NCBI GenBank assembly: GCA_965112735.1
Contig: OZ218959.1
Span: 2,418,001 to 2,482,000, forward strand
Length of the DNA stretch: 64,000 bases
DNA from: Phaeosaccion multiseriatum
Lineage: Eukaryota > Protista > Ochrophyta, other classes
Direction: 5' to 3'
Shown here piece after piece: positions 24,350 through 37,382 of this stretch (position 1 is its first letter; each line of letters starts with the position of its first letter). The notes beneath the pieces are model-generated. The model was not told the DNA's origin and made no database searches. It was given only the letters and a program-made list of their open reading frames with translations. Made by a program: the position numbers and the translations under genes.

Positions 24350-27300
24350 TCACTTGCTCGCTCTAGTGAGGTGGAAGGGGTGGTTTGCGTGCGCGGAGTC
24401 GGCCGACGCAGCGTCCTGGCAGTGAATGCACACCTGGTACGACGTGGGGCAGCCTAGGCAGGAGAAGAGAAGGCCTTCCACAGGGCTACGGCAGCGATCG
24501 CACAGCAGAGGGTAGCTGTGGGAGGGGGAGAGAGAGGGGGGAGTGGGGAGGGGGGGAGAGGGAGCGGGAATGGGGAGAAGAGAGAGGGATGAGAGGGAGA
24601 GAGAGAGGGAGAGAGAGAGGGGGGGGAGAGGGAGAAAGGAGCAAAGAGAGAGGCAGAGGCGGCGCGAGAAGTCAAAATCATCAGCGTAAACAATCCCCCC
24701 CAAAGGCGCCAAGCAGGGCATGTTCTCACTCACCCCGGCGCCAGGAAGTGCTTCCCCTTCTGTATCTCTCTCGCATCCCCCCCTTCCCACGCCGTCGCCG
24801 CCGTCGAGGTGCTAAGAAGGCAAAGGCGAGTTGCATCGTCCCCTACACCCCTGTATCGAGGGGCTGAAGACCAGTCGAAGCGACGCCCGCATCCGCCTTC
24901 GGTGCCACCCCCCCATCGCTGCTGCTGTATCACCAACTGCTGCCCCTGCCCCTGCTGCGGCGCTTCAGCGTGGATCGCCTCCTCGAGGCTCCGGCTTTCT
25001 CCCGGAAGCCCAGCAGTTGGTGATACAGCAGCAGCAGCAGCAGCATCCACATCGTTGCTCACAAGACAGCCTTGACCTTCGCCGCCGCACACCACCGAGT
25101 CGCACCCAGACAGGCGCTCGCAGAGGACGCCGCAGTACGGGCACAAGCGACAAGCCTGGGCCCTCCATTTGTCTCTCTTCACCACCTCCTCTTGCCGCTC
25201 CTGCGCCTCGCGAATGAGCTTGCGGTGCTGGGGTTGGTGTGATTCGAACTCGCTCAGGAGGACTTGAAAGCAAACGTCGTGCTCGGCCAGAGTGCGCAGG
25301 TACTCTTGCTTGCCTCTCTGCAGCCATGCCAGCCACTCTGCCGACAAACGAACAGCCTCTCTACAGGAGCAGCGGAAGTGGTACGGGGAGGCCCTGCACT
25401 GCTTGCAGAACTCAGTCAAGCAGCTGTTGCATTGCACCCGCTCGCCTGTTCCTCCTCCTCCTCCTCCTCCTCCTCCTCCCCCTCCTCCTCCTCCGCCGCC
25501 GCGGCCGCCTTCTGCCGCCATGAACCAGTTTCCGCAGCTTTCATTGACGCAAGCTGTCGCCCCCATGGAGGACAGAGCCCGCCGCTTCAGCAGCTTGCTG
25601 AATAGCAGCTCCACCTCCTCTCTGTCCTTCTCGTCCACAGTCGTCGTCGCCAGCCCCTCCGGAGCAACAACACCTCCAGCCGCAGCTGCCCCGGCCCTAT
25701 GCAACAGAATGAGACGCTCCATCTCCGCCTCTCCCATCTCGTGGTGACATCCACTGCCATCCTTCTTTCTACTGCCGTTCGCCAACGGGCATACGGGTAG
25801 CACTCCTTCGTCCCGGAGCAATGCGCGACAGTGGGCGTACAGGCAGTCGGTACAAAAGGCATGCTCTGCGCCGCACTCCACGGTAAACGTCCTCTGGTCA
25901 ATTCTCTCGTTGAGGCAGATGGGGCATGCTTCTCTGCTCCTTCTGTTGCCGCCGCTGCTGCTGCCACCACGGCCTACTCCTGCTGGTGCTGTTGTTGTCT
26001 CTGCAGCGGGATTGCTCCCCTTCCGACGGCTGCTCCTGCTGCCTTCACCACCTTGCGGAGGAGGAGGAGGAGGAGGAGGCTGAGGCTCCATGATCTCCTC
26101 CTCCCCGAGCAGCAGATTGACGGCCTCGTCAAAGCCCCCCCGGGACGCCTCCAAGGCAAGCTCCACCCTCTTCCTCTCGAATCCCATGGCCACCAACCGT
26201 ATGCAGTCCTCGTCCTTCCTCTGCGGCTCCTCCTTCTCCTCCTCCTCCTCCACCTGATGCTGCTGCTGATGCTGCTGCTGCTGCTGCAGGGGCAGCGGAG
26301 GCGTGGGTGGAGGCGCGCTGCCCAGGGCGGAGGCAGAAAAGACGCCCGGTAGGGCAAGAGAACCTCCTTCTCCTCCCCTCCCCCCTCTCCTACGCTCAGC
26401 CTGCGAGAATGAGTCCTTCTTGGACCCGTTCAGGCTCGCAGTATTCGTGTTATGGGCCTCGTCGCCGCCACTGCCGCTGCCGCAGCTACTACTGCAGCGG
26501 CGCAGGGCAACGGGCACGTACCGATTGGCTGGGCTGGGGCAGGCTTTCCCACCCTCACCACCAGCAGCAGCAGCAGCAGCAGTCACCGCATCGACATCCA
26601 CAGCGGGCGGGTCTCTCTTCTTCTCAACCTGAGGCTGCATGAATAACTTCGGCTGCACAGGCCGCGCAAGGTGGGGTGGACCAAAGGCACCCGGGGCGCC
26701 ACGAGAACCGCTTCCTCCTCCTCCTCCTCCTCCTTCTCCTCCTCCTCTCCCGCGCTCAGCCTGCGAAAAGGAGTCCCTCTTGGATCTTGGCGCAGGCCCG
26801 TTGAAGTACGCAGGGTCTATGTCCGACCCTGGCCCCCAGGTGGTGGTAGTGGGCGCCTCTTCGCTGTTACTGCCACTGCCACTGCTACTACTACTGCTAC
26901 AGCGGCGCAGGGCAACGGGCACGTACCGATTGGTTGTGCTGGGGCAGGCTTTCCCACCCTCACCACCGATGGCGCTTAGAGTCACTGGCTTGTCCCCGTG
27001 CTGAGGCCGCAGCAACAACTTCTGCTGCTTCCTCTGCTGAGGCTGTACCTGCTCCTTCTCCGTCCCTCGGCGACACACCCGCGGCAAGTATGCGTCTTTG
27101 GGTGCCGAGCGGGCTGAACAAGAGGCATGCTCGCCTACCGTAGCGCCGCCCCTGTTTGAGTCCTGCTGCAGCAGCCGTGGAGCTCCTGCGGCCTCCTCCC
27201 CCTCATCCTCCCCCTTTCGTTCTTCCTTCTCCTCCTCCTCCTCCTCCTCCTCCTCCTCCTCCCCCTCATCCTCCCCCTTTCGTTCTTCCTTCTCCTCCTC

Positions 27301-28758
27301 CTCCTCCCCCTCCTCCTCCTCCTCCTCCTCCTCCTCCTCCTCCTCCTCCTCCTCCTCCTCCATCCTTCTCCTCTCCTCCTCCTCCTCCACCACCACCTCC
27401 TCCTCCTCCTCCTCCTCCTCCTCCTCCTCCTCCTCCTCCTCCTCCGTCCTGCTCCTCTGCTCCTCCTTCTCATCTTCCTCTATCCTCCTCTTCTTCTTTT
27501 TCATCCTCCTCTTCTTCTCCTCCTCCCCCGTGTGCGTCGGGTTGGGGCAGGGTAGCGCTTGAGACAGGGGCCGAGGCTGCGGCTGGATAGGCTGCTTGTT
27601 GGCTCTGGCCGCAAGGCTCAGCCGCAGACAGTCGCCCTCCTTGAGGTCTTGGCAGCTCGTGACCTGCCGGAGGTGAGGATAAAGCGAATAGCATACGATG
27701 GTAGCCCATGGATAAGAATGATGAAAAATGCGATCTTCTGGTGTGGGTGCCCAAGGTGGGAAGGGATGGGAAGAAGAGAATGAATACAAAGCCGACTTGT
27801 CCGCCCCCCCCTCCCCCCCCCCGCCCAACACCCCACACTTACGTATTGCGATACATACCTCCACGTCGCGACGAAAGACTTTGACGGTGGGCCCGCTGCC
27901 CCAGCTCTGGGCCGAGAGGGCGGGGGGGCAGCCCACACTGGCCAGTGCCGCCCTTACGAAGCCGTCGAACGAGCCCCGCAGAGAGTCAACCTCGACCAGC
28001 TTCCCACTTGCCGGGCTCATAAGGCCCTCTACGTAGACGCGCACAGCGACTACGCCTTCCAAGCATGCTACGACTCGAGCGCACCGCCACAGCCATGGTA
28101 GTCTTTCGTCGCTTCGTCGCATCGTCACTGCCATGGTAGTCTGCATGTGGATGTTGGCCGTCAACGGGACGAGACTTCTGCGCTCGACAGGGAGGGTAGG
28201 ATTCGCATGGAGGTACAGCTCAAGGGGAGTGGCCCGGTCGCGCGGAGAGAGCATTTCTCTCCGGATAAGGTCCTTCAGACTGTCCATGCCGCGTCCACGC
28301 ACTTCTGGGGGCATTTGCAGTTGTCTCCGCTGCCCCGTCAGGCCGAGTTGAGCAGTAAAGGACAGGCCAGAGCCCCCCCCCCCCGCCTTCGCCGGAAGAG
28401 ACGACTCAACCGCTCCTCTTACGTCCTGGTCTTGTGGCATCCCTCGCTCGCTCTCCTTCCCATCCACCCCAGCCCACTCCACGGTCTCCTCCTGCCGTCC
28501 ATCAGAACGCACCCAGACGCCGGAGAACGCACCCACATCTCTACTCCCCCCTATCCCCCCCTCCGTGGCGGAGACTTTGGCCTCCTCACCTCCACTGAAG
28601 TGCCGTCTTTCAACCAGCACAGGAGAATCTGCCCCCCCCCCCCCGCAGTCATCTTGCGAGTAGTCCTCGTCGGTAAGGAAATCGTATTCATCCTCATCGT
28701 CGCTGCTCCCTCGCTGGCTACTGGAGTGGCTGTTGTGGAGTCCCTCCACATGTATCAT
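24350..28758 (-). CDS. RBR-type E3 ubiquitin ligase: UBA, RING1-IBR-RING2, C-terminal ZZ-like zinc finger
   Basis: UBA LVAMGFERKRVELALEASRGGFDEAVNLLL; RING1 CPIC...HAFCTDC...CP; IBR CVNESC...CNSCLTEFCKQC..H..C; RING2 CPYC...SGCDSVVC...GCGRRFDW. Intron 24733-24516 splices in frame to CDRCRSPVEGLLFSCLGCPTSYQVCIHC...H..HPF. There is a probable in-frame intron at about 27665-27858. The 5' end is uncertain. Confidence 0.85.
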
Positions 28759-29755
28759 CGCTGCAATGTCCGCATCTACAAGTGAGTGTGAGTTGGCGGA
28801 GTTGAGGTTGGGAAAGAAAAAAAGCGAGGAAGCTGAAACTCAAACGAGTCCTGACGCCGGTCCTGACACCAGTGACTGGAGAGAAGACGGTGAAAGCCAG
28901 GGCCGTCGCGATATCATCCCCCAGCTAACAAGAGCAAGAGAGGAGGCAGCGCTTCACAAAGGAAGGAACCCTTATTCCCTACTGACCGAGGTTGTCCACT
29001 CGCCCACCGCTCACTCACGCGCTCACTCGGGACGGGAGGCAGCAGGTAAGGCCGGTGTTCGCTGCCCCGCGCAGTGGAGTAAGAGGGACAAAGCACGGGC
29101 GGGACACGAGCAGCATACTGATACACAACCAGAACGCGGTGCATTTGGATCGATAGCTCTCGAGACGTATCTCACTGACACTGATAAGGGAGGGCTTGCG
29201 CCTCATCCTGAAGCGTCAAACCCGCCCTGATCAGGATCTGTTGGGAGATTTATCTCTCGGGGACTTATCGCGCCAGACGCACCACAGGTTTACGGTTCAG
29301 TACGCTGGCCGCGCTTGTGACACGTCGTCTTGAGTGTAAGGATCGCTTGCAGTGTCCGGATCGATGTGTGAAACGTGTGGGGTGTGCAGAGCCCAGGGCA
29401 CTGGGGAGAAGGAAGTGGGTAGGGCACGGGAGGGAGGGGAGGGTCGAGGAGTACGACCATGAAGGGGGGAGCGTGTGTGGTACAGTCAGGGGTTTGAATC
29501 GCTCTCTTCTCTGACTTTGGCTTTGGGGGGTGGAGGAAAAATAGACCACTCACTGACCACTCACTCCCTCACGCACTTGGTGGGGGCGAAGAGGTATCCG
29601 GCATCAGTGTACTTAAAGTATAGCTTTGGAAAGGGATGTAGTCCTTCTCCACTATTGGCGTAACCCCACCCACCCACTCACTCACTGACCATTGCCCGGC
29701 GTATACCCACACCCTACAGAGGCCCGCGGCAGCTCCGGCGCCAGCCACGACAGAG

Positions 29756-29913
29756 ATGGTAGCCATATCAGGGGAAAACTTTAAGGACACCCAAAAGAAT
29801 AAGGATGGTAAGGGGCTGAGACGGGGGGTAGACACGACTGAACCCAAGCCACTCTCTCAACGCCCCCGCCCTATCGCCTTCCCTCTCACCGCTCCCTCCC
29901 ACCGTCCCACCCT

Positions 29914-29958
<45 letters not shown>

Positions 29959-32900
29959 AACGCTCCTTCACTCCTCCCCCTCCCTACCTCCCTCCCTCCC
30001 TCCTCTTCAGTCCGCATCGCGAACATCATCGCCGCTAAGGCCGTGGCGGATGCGATCCGAACGTCCCTGGGCCCAAGAGGGATGGATAAGATGATTCAGA
30101 AGGGAGATGGGGACGTCATCATTACCAACGATGGCGCTACCATCCTTAGTCAGATGCAGGTACGCACGAGATGGAGGACGGAAGAGTAGCCAGTGATGCT
30201 GCTGTGTTAGGAGGGGGGGGGGGCATCAGCTTTGAAAACTGCTACTCTTTCCGACTTTGGACCCATCGCCTGCCTGGGGACGAAGATGCTGAGCCTCCTG
30301 CCTCCTGTCGACATATTCTCCTTCTCATCGTCCCTTCTCTTCCTCTCTCGTTCTCTCCCTCCCTCCCTCCCTCCCTCCCTCCCTCCCTCCCTCCCTCCCT
30401 CCCTCCCTCCCTCCCTCCCTCCCTCCCTCCCTCCTACCTCACAGGTATTCCACCCCACGGCGCAAATGCTAGTAGAGCTGAGCAAATCGCAGGACATCGA
30501 GGCCGGAGACGGTACCACTTCTGTAACGGTTATTGCGGGTGCCCTGCTGGACGCGTGTAACGAGCTTTTGGCCAAGGGCATCCACCCTGTGCAGGTGGCA
30601 GAGAGCTTTCTGGCAGCCTCGCAGAAGGCGAAGGAGATTCTGAGGGAAATGAGTGAGCCGGTGGACTTGGCAGTAAGGGACAAGCTCATTCAGGCCGTGA
30701 ATACGTGTTTGTCGTCTAAGGTGAGGGAAGGGGGTAAGGGAGGACAAAAGGGAGAGAGAGAGGGAGAGTGGGGGAGAGTGGGGGAGGGTCTGGGTGGGGG
30801 GGGGAGGGAAGAGGGAGAGTAAGTTGGCGGAGGTGTGGGGAGTAGACGCTTCCTCGCGCGGAGGTGGAGAGGGAGGAGAGAGAGGGCTCGCTTGAGCTCT
30901 CTCCTTCCTTTTCCTCCTTATTTGCTCTTCTTCTTCTTCTTCTTCTTCTTCTTCTTCTTCTTCTTCTTCTTCTTCTTCTTCTTCTTGTTGTTGTTGTTGT
31001 TGTCACGGGCTTCTAAGTCACCACGTAAACAACATGCTGGCTCATTCCCTCACTCACCCACCCACTCACCCACCCACCCACCCACTCACTCACTTACCCA
31101 CCCCCCTCCCCGCAATGCGCACAATACCCTATCACTTACACCACACATTATGAACAATACCCTATCACTTACACCACACATTATGAATCATATACATGAA
31201 CATGGAACATGTTCAGGTAGTGAGCCAAAACAGCGACACAATTAGCCCCATCTCCGTGGACGCTGTGCTCGGTGTGATTGACGCGGAAACCGCCACCAAT
31301 GTCGACCTACGCGACATTAAGATCTGCAAGCAGCTGGGCGGCACCATCGACGACACGGAGCTCGTACACGGACTCGTGTTTGAGAAGGGAGCAAAGAAGA
31401 GCGCAGGTGGGTAGTAAGTCAATGGGTGGGTAGTAAGTCAATGGGTGGATGGGTGGGCTGGTGGGATTTTGTGTGGGTTGAGGAGCACAGGTGGAAGGCT
31501 GGGTGGCTCAGAAGAAAGCATGGGCTCAGAATTTTGATTTGACTTTTGGGGGTTCATATTTTCGTAGGAGATGAAACAAACTGACTCTGAAACTTGAACC
31601 GGAACTCGACCAACCACTACAACAGGAGGGCCCACGCGGGTTGCCAACGCCAAGATTGGTCTGATTCAGTTCTGCCTCAGCGCGCCCAAGACAGACATGG
31701 AGAACAATGTGGTGGTGTCAGACTACGCTGCCATGGACCGCATCCTCAGGGAGGAGCGTAAGTACATCCTGGGACAGTGCAAGAAGATCAAGAAGGTGGG
31801 TGCGTTGGTGATACAGGGGTGGGGTGGGGGTTGAAGAGACAAGACCAAGCATTTTGCACTGATGAGAAAGTTTTTGAACCGCCAAGATACATGGGCGATA
31901 CCCACAGTCTTTGCCGACTTCCCTCTGAGCATATAAAGCGTTTGGACCTTGTCGGTTAGTTATGGAAGTTGGAGTGGAGGGGAGGAGCGGTGGAGATAGA
32001 CCAGCCTTGCACTGATGAGAAAGTTTTTGAATCGCCAAGATACATGGGCGATACCCACAGTCTTTGCCGACTTCCCTCTGAGCATATAAAGCGTTTGGAC
32101 CTTGTCGGTTAGTTATGGAAGTTGGAGTGGAGGGGAGGAGCGGTGGAGATAGACCAGCTTTGCACTGATGAGAAAGTTTTTGAATCGCCAAGATACATGG
32201 GCGATACCCACAGTCTTTGCCGACTTCCCTCTGAGCATCGCACACATGTCTACTACTCCTGTACACTCATGTACGCACGCACCTGCTGCAAGCCTGCGCT
32301 TCCATGCCATACACGTGCTCTTGTTTCACTCTTCGTTAGGAACCATTCCACCTCAGCAACTCTGCACCTCTGCACTACTCCCCACACGTGACTCCCTCCC
32401 TCTCCCTCGCCAACCCACCCCCCCTCCCTCCCTCCCTCCCTCCGTCCGCCCCTCTCCCTCTCTGTATGACCAACAGGCGGGTGTGAATGTGCTCCTTATC
32501 CAAAAGTCTATCCTCCGCGACGCCTACAACGACCTGAGCCTGCACTTCCTCGCCAAGATGGACATCATGGTAATCACAGACATCGAGAGGAATGACGTTG
32601 AGTTCATCTGCCGGACGCTCGCGGTGAGTGTATGCGTGTATGAGAGAGAGAGAGAGGGGGGGGGGGGGCGAAGACAAGAGGCGAGAGACGCGGGAAAGTA
32701 GAGGAAAGAAGGGGAAAGATGCTCATGCCCCAGCCTACATTCTTGATTTTGTTCCTCTCTCCCTCACCCCCGCCCTCCTTCCCTTCCTCCCTTCTCTCTC
32801 TCACCCACACCCACACCCACCCCTCTTCCTCTCCTCTCACACAAACAACATACACCCAACATGCACATCAACCCAGTGCCAACCTGTAGCCCACGTTGAC

Positions 32901-33476
32901 AGCATCTCTCCCGAGAAGCTGGGCACGGCAGAGCTCGTAGCAGAGGTGTCCATGCCCGGTAGCGGCCACAAGGTGGTCAAAGTAACTGGCGTACCTACCT
33001 CAGGCAAGACCATGACCGTCCTCATCCGCGGATCCAATAGGATGGTCCTGGACGAAGCGGATCGATCCATCCACGACGCACTCTGTGTGGTGCGATCGCT
33101 GGTCAAGGAGAGGTTCCTCATAGCAGGGGGGGGGGCGGCGGAGGCAGAGGTGGCGCACAAGTTGGCGGGTTGGAGCAAGACGCAGAAAGGCATGCTTGCC
33201 TACTGTGTGAGGAGGTACGCCGAAGCGTTGGAAGTCATACCGTACACGCTGGCGGAGAATGCGGGGATGAACCCCATAAACTTGGTGACCGAGCTTCGGG
33301 CCCAGCATAGTTCGGGGCTGACAGGGGCGGGCATTAACGTCCGACAGGGGCTCATCAGCGACATGTACGCCGAAGGTGTGGTGCAGCCGATGCTCGTTAG
33401 CCTGAGCGCCATTCAGCTCGCCACAGAGACGGTCACGATGATTCTCAAGATTGACGACGTGGTTGCCGTCATGTGA
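29756..33476 (+). CDS. CCT4: T-complex protein 1 subunit delta (chaperonin CCT4)
   Basis: Exons 29756-29807, 30011-30159, 30445-30720, 31217-31406, 31626-31795, 32477-32623 and 32877-33476. Motifs [64 protein letters not shown] and ILKIDD. The start may lie slightly upstream. Confidence 0.96.
31855..31931 (+). ncRNA. Putative box C/D snoRNA, copy 1 (CCT4 intron)
   Basis: Box C TGATGA at 31860, box D CTGA at 31925, terminal TGC/GCA stem. The 15-nt guide TTTGCCGACTTCCCT immediately 5' of box D is complementary to the conserved LSU rRNA segment AGGGAAGUCGGCAAA. Confidence 0.8.
32008..32084 (+). ncRNA. Putative box C/D snoRNA, copy 2
   Basis: Same elements as copy 1, 153 bp downstream (box D at 32078), with an internal ATCGCC/GGCGAT stem. 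Confidence 0.8.
32161..32237 (+). ncRNA. Putative box C/D snoRNA, copy 3
   Basis: Same elements, box D at 32231. Repeat homology ends right after the terminal stem. Confidence 0.8.
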
Positions 33477-34191
33477 TGTGATTGGTGATACGGATGGGGT
33501 GATTTGTGATTTTGACACAAGAGAGGGAGGGGGCATCTTTTCTCTCGTCCGTTCTCTTTTCGTGTTTGGTTTGTTTTGTTTTTTTCCTGTGAGTCGTTCG
33601 ATGTTGAACGCTCTGGAATGGAGCGTAAAGTAAGACACCAAATATACCGATACGGAAAGGGCATGGATGAGGTATATATGCATATGTTTGGGATGGGTGG
33701 GTGGTGTAAGAAGCCTCGGGTGCACACACACACACACACATGCTGCTTCTTTTCAACATAGGCAGCAGGCAGTCAGGCAGTCAGCCAGTCAGCCAAGTAG
33801 AGCAGGCAGCAAGGCTCTATCCACCAATCCCCCCTTAGCCCTGCCAGACGGTTTCGATCCCTGCTTGCCGCCCCGGTCAGGGATGGAAGGTTCTTTCTTC
33901 CCTCATCCTCTCCTGGTGTCCAAGTCTGCGTCGTGGTACGCGGTGGTACGCAGTGGTACGCTCGCTGTGCTCGCTCAGGTCGAAACTCTAGTGTCTCTTT
34001 CTGCCTCCCAATCTACTCTCTTGATCCTTCCCTTGAAGGTCTGAAAGACGTCCCTCGTGAGACCACACCCGCCGAGCTTCATCCTCCTTCCTCGAAAGCT
34101 TGTCCGACTGACAGTGACTGGCAGTGGTGAGGCATTGAGCCACGGTCAGGCCACACACGTCCCAAAGCCTTGCGACACTCTTCTCTCTCTC

Positions 34192-34247
<56 letters not shown>

Positions 34248-34609
34248 TCGATTTCTTGCATCCAGTGCCGGAGTGGTGGGAGGGTCGCGAGCAGCAGGGT
34301 GGCTGCCCTGCCCTGTCCTGCCGACACGTGTATCGCAGCGCAGACCGAGCGAAGAGCCAAGAGCAACCAAGAGCCAAGAGCCAAGACTCAAGAGAGCCGT
34401 CGTCTTTCTCTCGGTCCTCTCGTCTTCTGCCCCCCTGAGCCGAAGGAAGGCGCGCACACATGATGCTGATGAGCTTCATCAGATTTGCGCTACCCTACGC
34501 ACCCACAGCACCTCCAGCAGTGGATGGCAGTGGAGGATAGCGGATGGCAGCGAGGGCCGGCCAGCGGAACCCCCCTTGGCCAAGTCTGCCTTGTCTGCCT
34601 CATAATCAT

Positions 34610-34665
<56 letters not shown>

Positions 34666-34669
<4 letters not shown>

Positions 34670-35857
34670 TGAGCCAACGTGACAATGTATATCAACTCTG
34701 AGGCGCTGGCGGCCTCGAACACGTCCGTGTCTGGCGACGCCCACACCAAACCACGCTCCGACATGGCATCCAGGACAGTGGAGATGGACACATTCCGACG
34801 AGCGAAGGAGAGCAGGAAGCGACTCTCCCCTGGGGCGCGCTGAGCCAGCAGACTCCGCACAGTGTCGAAGAGAGGCTGGACAGCTTCCTCTTCGTAAATC
34901 ACATCAGCGGCCAGGATAAAGTCCCAGCCCTCGCTGAAGCGGGCGAGAAAGGCGTCGTGCTGGCCCCATGTTAACTCCTCCACTACTACAGTTCCACTAC
35001 CACCACCACCGCCAGGCTCACCACACTCACCGCACCCATCCCCACCCTCGCCATCGCCCTGTTCATTCCGTCGATGCTCGTGGTCACCTTCGCCCCTCCT
35101 TGTTCTGTTGCCGCTGCTGTTCCTCCTCCAATTTGCCTCGAGTGCATTTTGTGCCTCTGTCCCAAACTCTGGTCCGCCGTCTGTGAGGCACACGTCCCCT
35201 CCGACACCCCCTCGCCTATCACACAGCTTGGCAGCCAGGATGCCGCACAGCCCCAGGCCGCTGCCCAGTTCCAGCGTCCGGGTCTTGGTGTGGCCGAACC
35301 ATTCCCTGTGGAGGTATAGGAAGCGAGCAAGCTCCTTTGCCGCCCTCCACACTGTCAGCCCGGTGCTGGCCAATGTCTGTCCCAGCTCCGGATTCACCCC
35401 CTCCAGCTCAATCTGTCGTTGAATATATTGCAGGTGGTGAGAAGGGGGCAATGCTGCCAGGAAACACGACAACGTGGCGTGCTTGACTAGAGCCTCTCTC
35501 TCTATACAAACGTCGTGGGGTGTGTGATACGCCTACGTACCACTATCGCCTCCTCATCCTCTCCCTCTGCTGGAACTTCCACATCGACATCGCCGTCAGC
35601 GCCCCCGTACACGAAGCGGAAGACGTGATTCCTCGGCTTCGTATCGAGCTGCTCCTGGATCTGGAGGCGGATATTACCTCCCTGGCTTACATCAATGTCC
35701 AGATCACTGATTGGTTGGGAGAGGGGAATGGGAATTAAAGGATACCGAGGAAAAGGGAAAAGAGAAAAGAGACCTACCTCTCGAGTGCGAAGTCCTGGAG
35801 AGCAAGCAGGGCGGCCGAAGACAGGCCGAGGTCATCCTCTGAAGCCTGCTTCTGCAT
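34666..35857 (-). CDS. SAM-dependent protein-lysine methyltransferase (METTL21/Methyltransf_16-like)
   Basis: Motifs TGLTVWRAA, TLELGSGLGLCG, VCLTDG, LTWG and DFILAADVIY. Upstream exons (about 35857-35778 LSSAALLALQDFALE; about 35708-35540) were inferred from GT-AG sites. Confidence 0.88.
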
Positions 35858-36471
35858 CGTTTTGTTGTGTTTTTTTCGGGTCGCTTTGTTGTGTTTGTTC
35901 CTCCCTCGCGTGTTGGTTGTACAGTGTAGTCTTTTGACAAACAGCCAGTCTGCTTCTTGCTTCTTCTTCTGCAGCGTTGATGGCGTAGGCCAGGGTCCCT
36001 TTGATGCAGATGTAGGCCAGTTGAGAAGCTGTGAGGTGAGCAAGTGGGAGGGGAAGAAGGCGAGAAGGGGGAGGAGGAGACATTGGGATTGGCTCTCTCC
36101 CTCTAAGAAGCGGCGGGAAGCGGGAAGGCGGAAGGTAGTGAAGTGGTGGCGTCTTCTTCTTGATTCATATCCCCCCGTTGCTCCAGTGGTAGGTCGCAGC
36201 AGTCAAAGCCCTTTCGCACTTTATCTCAACCAATTACACTTTTCCCGCCTCTCCCGCTGTCCTCACTCCCCACCCTCCACGAACCCGAAAAAAACTCCTC
36301 AGCTTCAAAGGAGGGGCTACGAAACTCTCCTTGAGAGTAGAGAGGTTCAAAGGTGGGGTGAGGGGCTGGGGCCAAAGAGCGACGGTGCGGCGTACGCACT
36401 GAAGGGAAAGGGGAGACAAGAGAGGAGAGTGCGAGAGAAAGACCCGGCTATTCTTGGCTTAAAGGGCAACC

Positions 36472-36661
36472 ATGATTCGGCGAGTGGTGACGGAGTCGGA
36501 CACCCCGCTCAATGAGCATCATGAGGGCAGCATCAAAACGTACATGCAGCACAAGATGGCAAAGCTCCGCACCCAGGAGGTGGACAGGTGGCGGGGGACC
36601 AACCAGAGCAGCTTGCTCAAGGACGTCGTTGTCTGGGTAAGAGTCGAGAGGAGCGAAGAGA

Positions 36662-36709
<48 letters not shown>

Positions 36710-36808
36710 GAGGTATTTTTCTTGCGTTTGATCTCGATATAGAATTCTTTCCTTTCTTTGCTCCTCTTCCTCTACATGGTTACCTACATCCCCCCCTTCC
36801 TCCTCCTC

Positions 36809-36848
<40 letters not shown>

Positions 36849-37331
36849 GCCTCTGTAGGTGAATGGCTATACGGAGCCCTCTCTGGATGTTCTTTCCCAA
36901 CTCATCTCCGAACATGGAGGAGTCGTGGAGGGCTTCCATACGCAGGAAGTCACACACGTCATTGCAACCCATCTACCGCAGGGCAAGCTGGACGCCTTGA
37001 GAAAGATTACCAAAGTTCGAGTTTTGCACATTGTCACGCCGGCCTGGGTCCTCGAAAGCACTAAGCAGATGAAGCGGCTGCCTGAGAGCGACTTTGCCGT
37101 GGAGGGTCTCCTGGACAGGGGGACAAAAAGCATTCTGCAGCACTTTTCGAAGGAACAGCAGCAGCAAGAGGAGAAGATCGGCCGTCGGAAAGGACGGGAG
37201 GGTAGAGGAGTGCAGGCGGAGGCGGGTCAAGGCGAGCAGGGAAGGCTTTCTTCCAGTCTGCAACGGGATCCTGACACGGAGAACGAGGAGCAGTTCCGTC
37301 GACAGCGGCAGCAACAACAACAGCAGCAGCT

Positions 37332-37382
<51 letters not shown>

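Noticed and set aside
31524-31592. Possible further C/D snoRNA in CCT4 intron 4 (TCAGA...CTGA-CTCTGA)
   Set aside because: Box C is degenerate and I cannot recognise an rRNA or snRNA complement.
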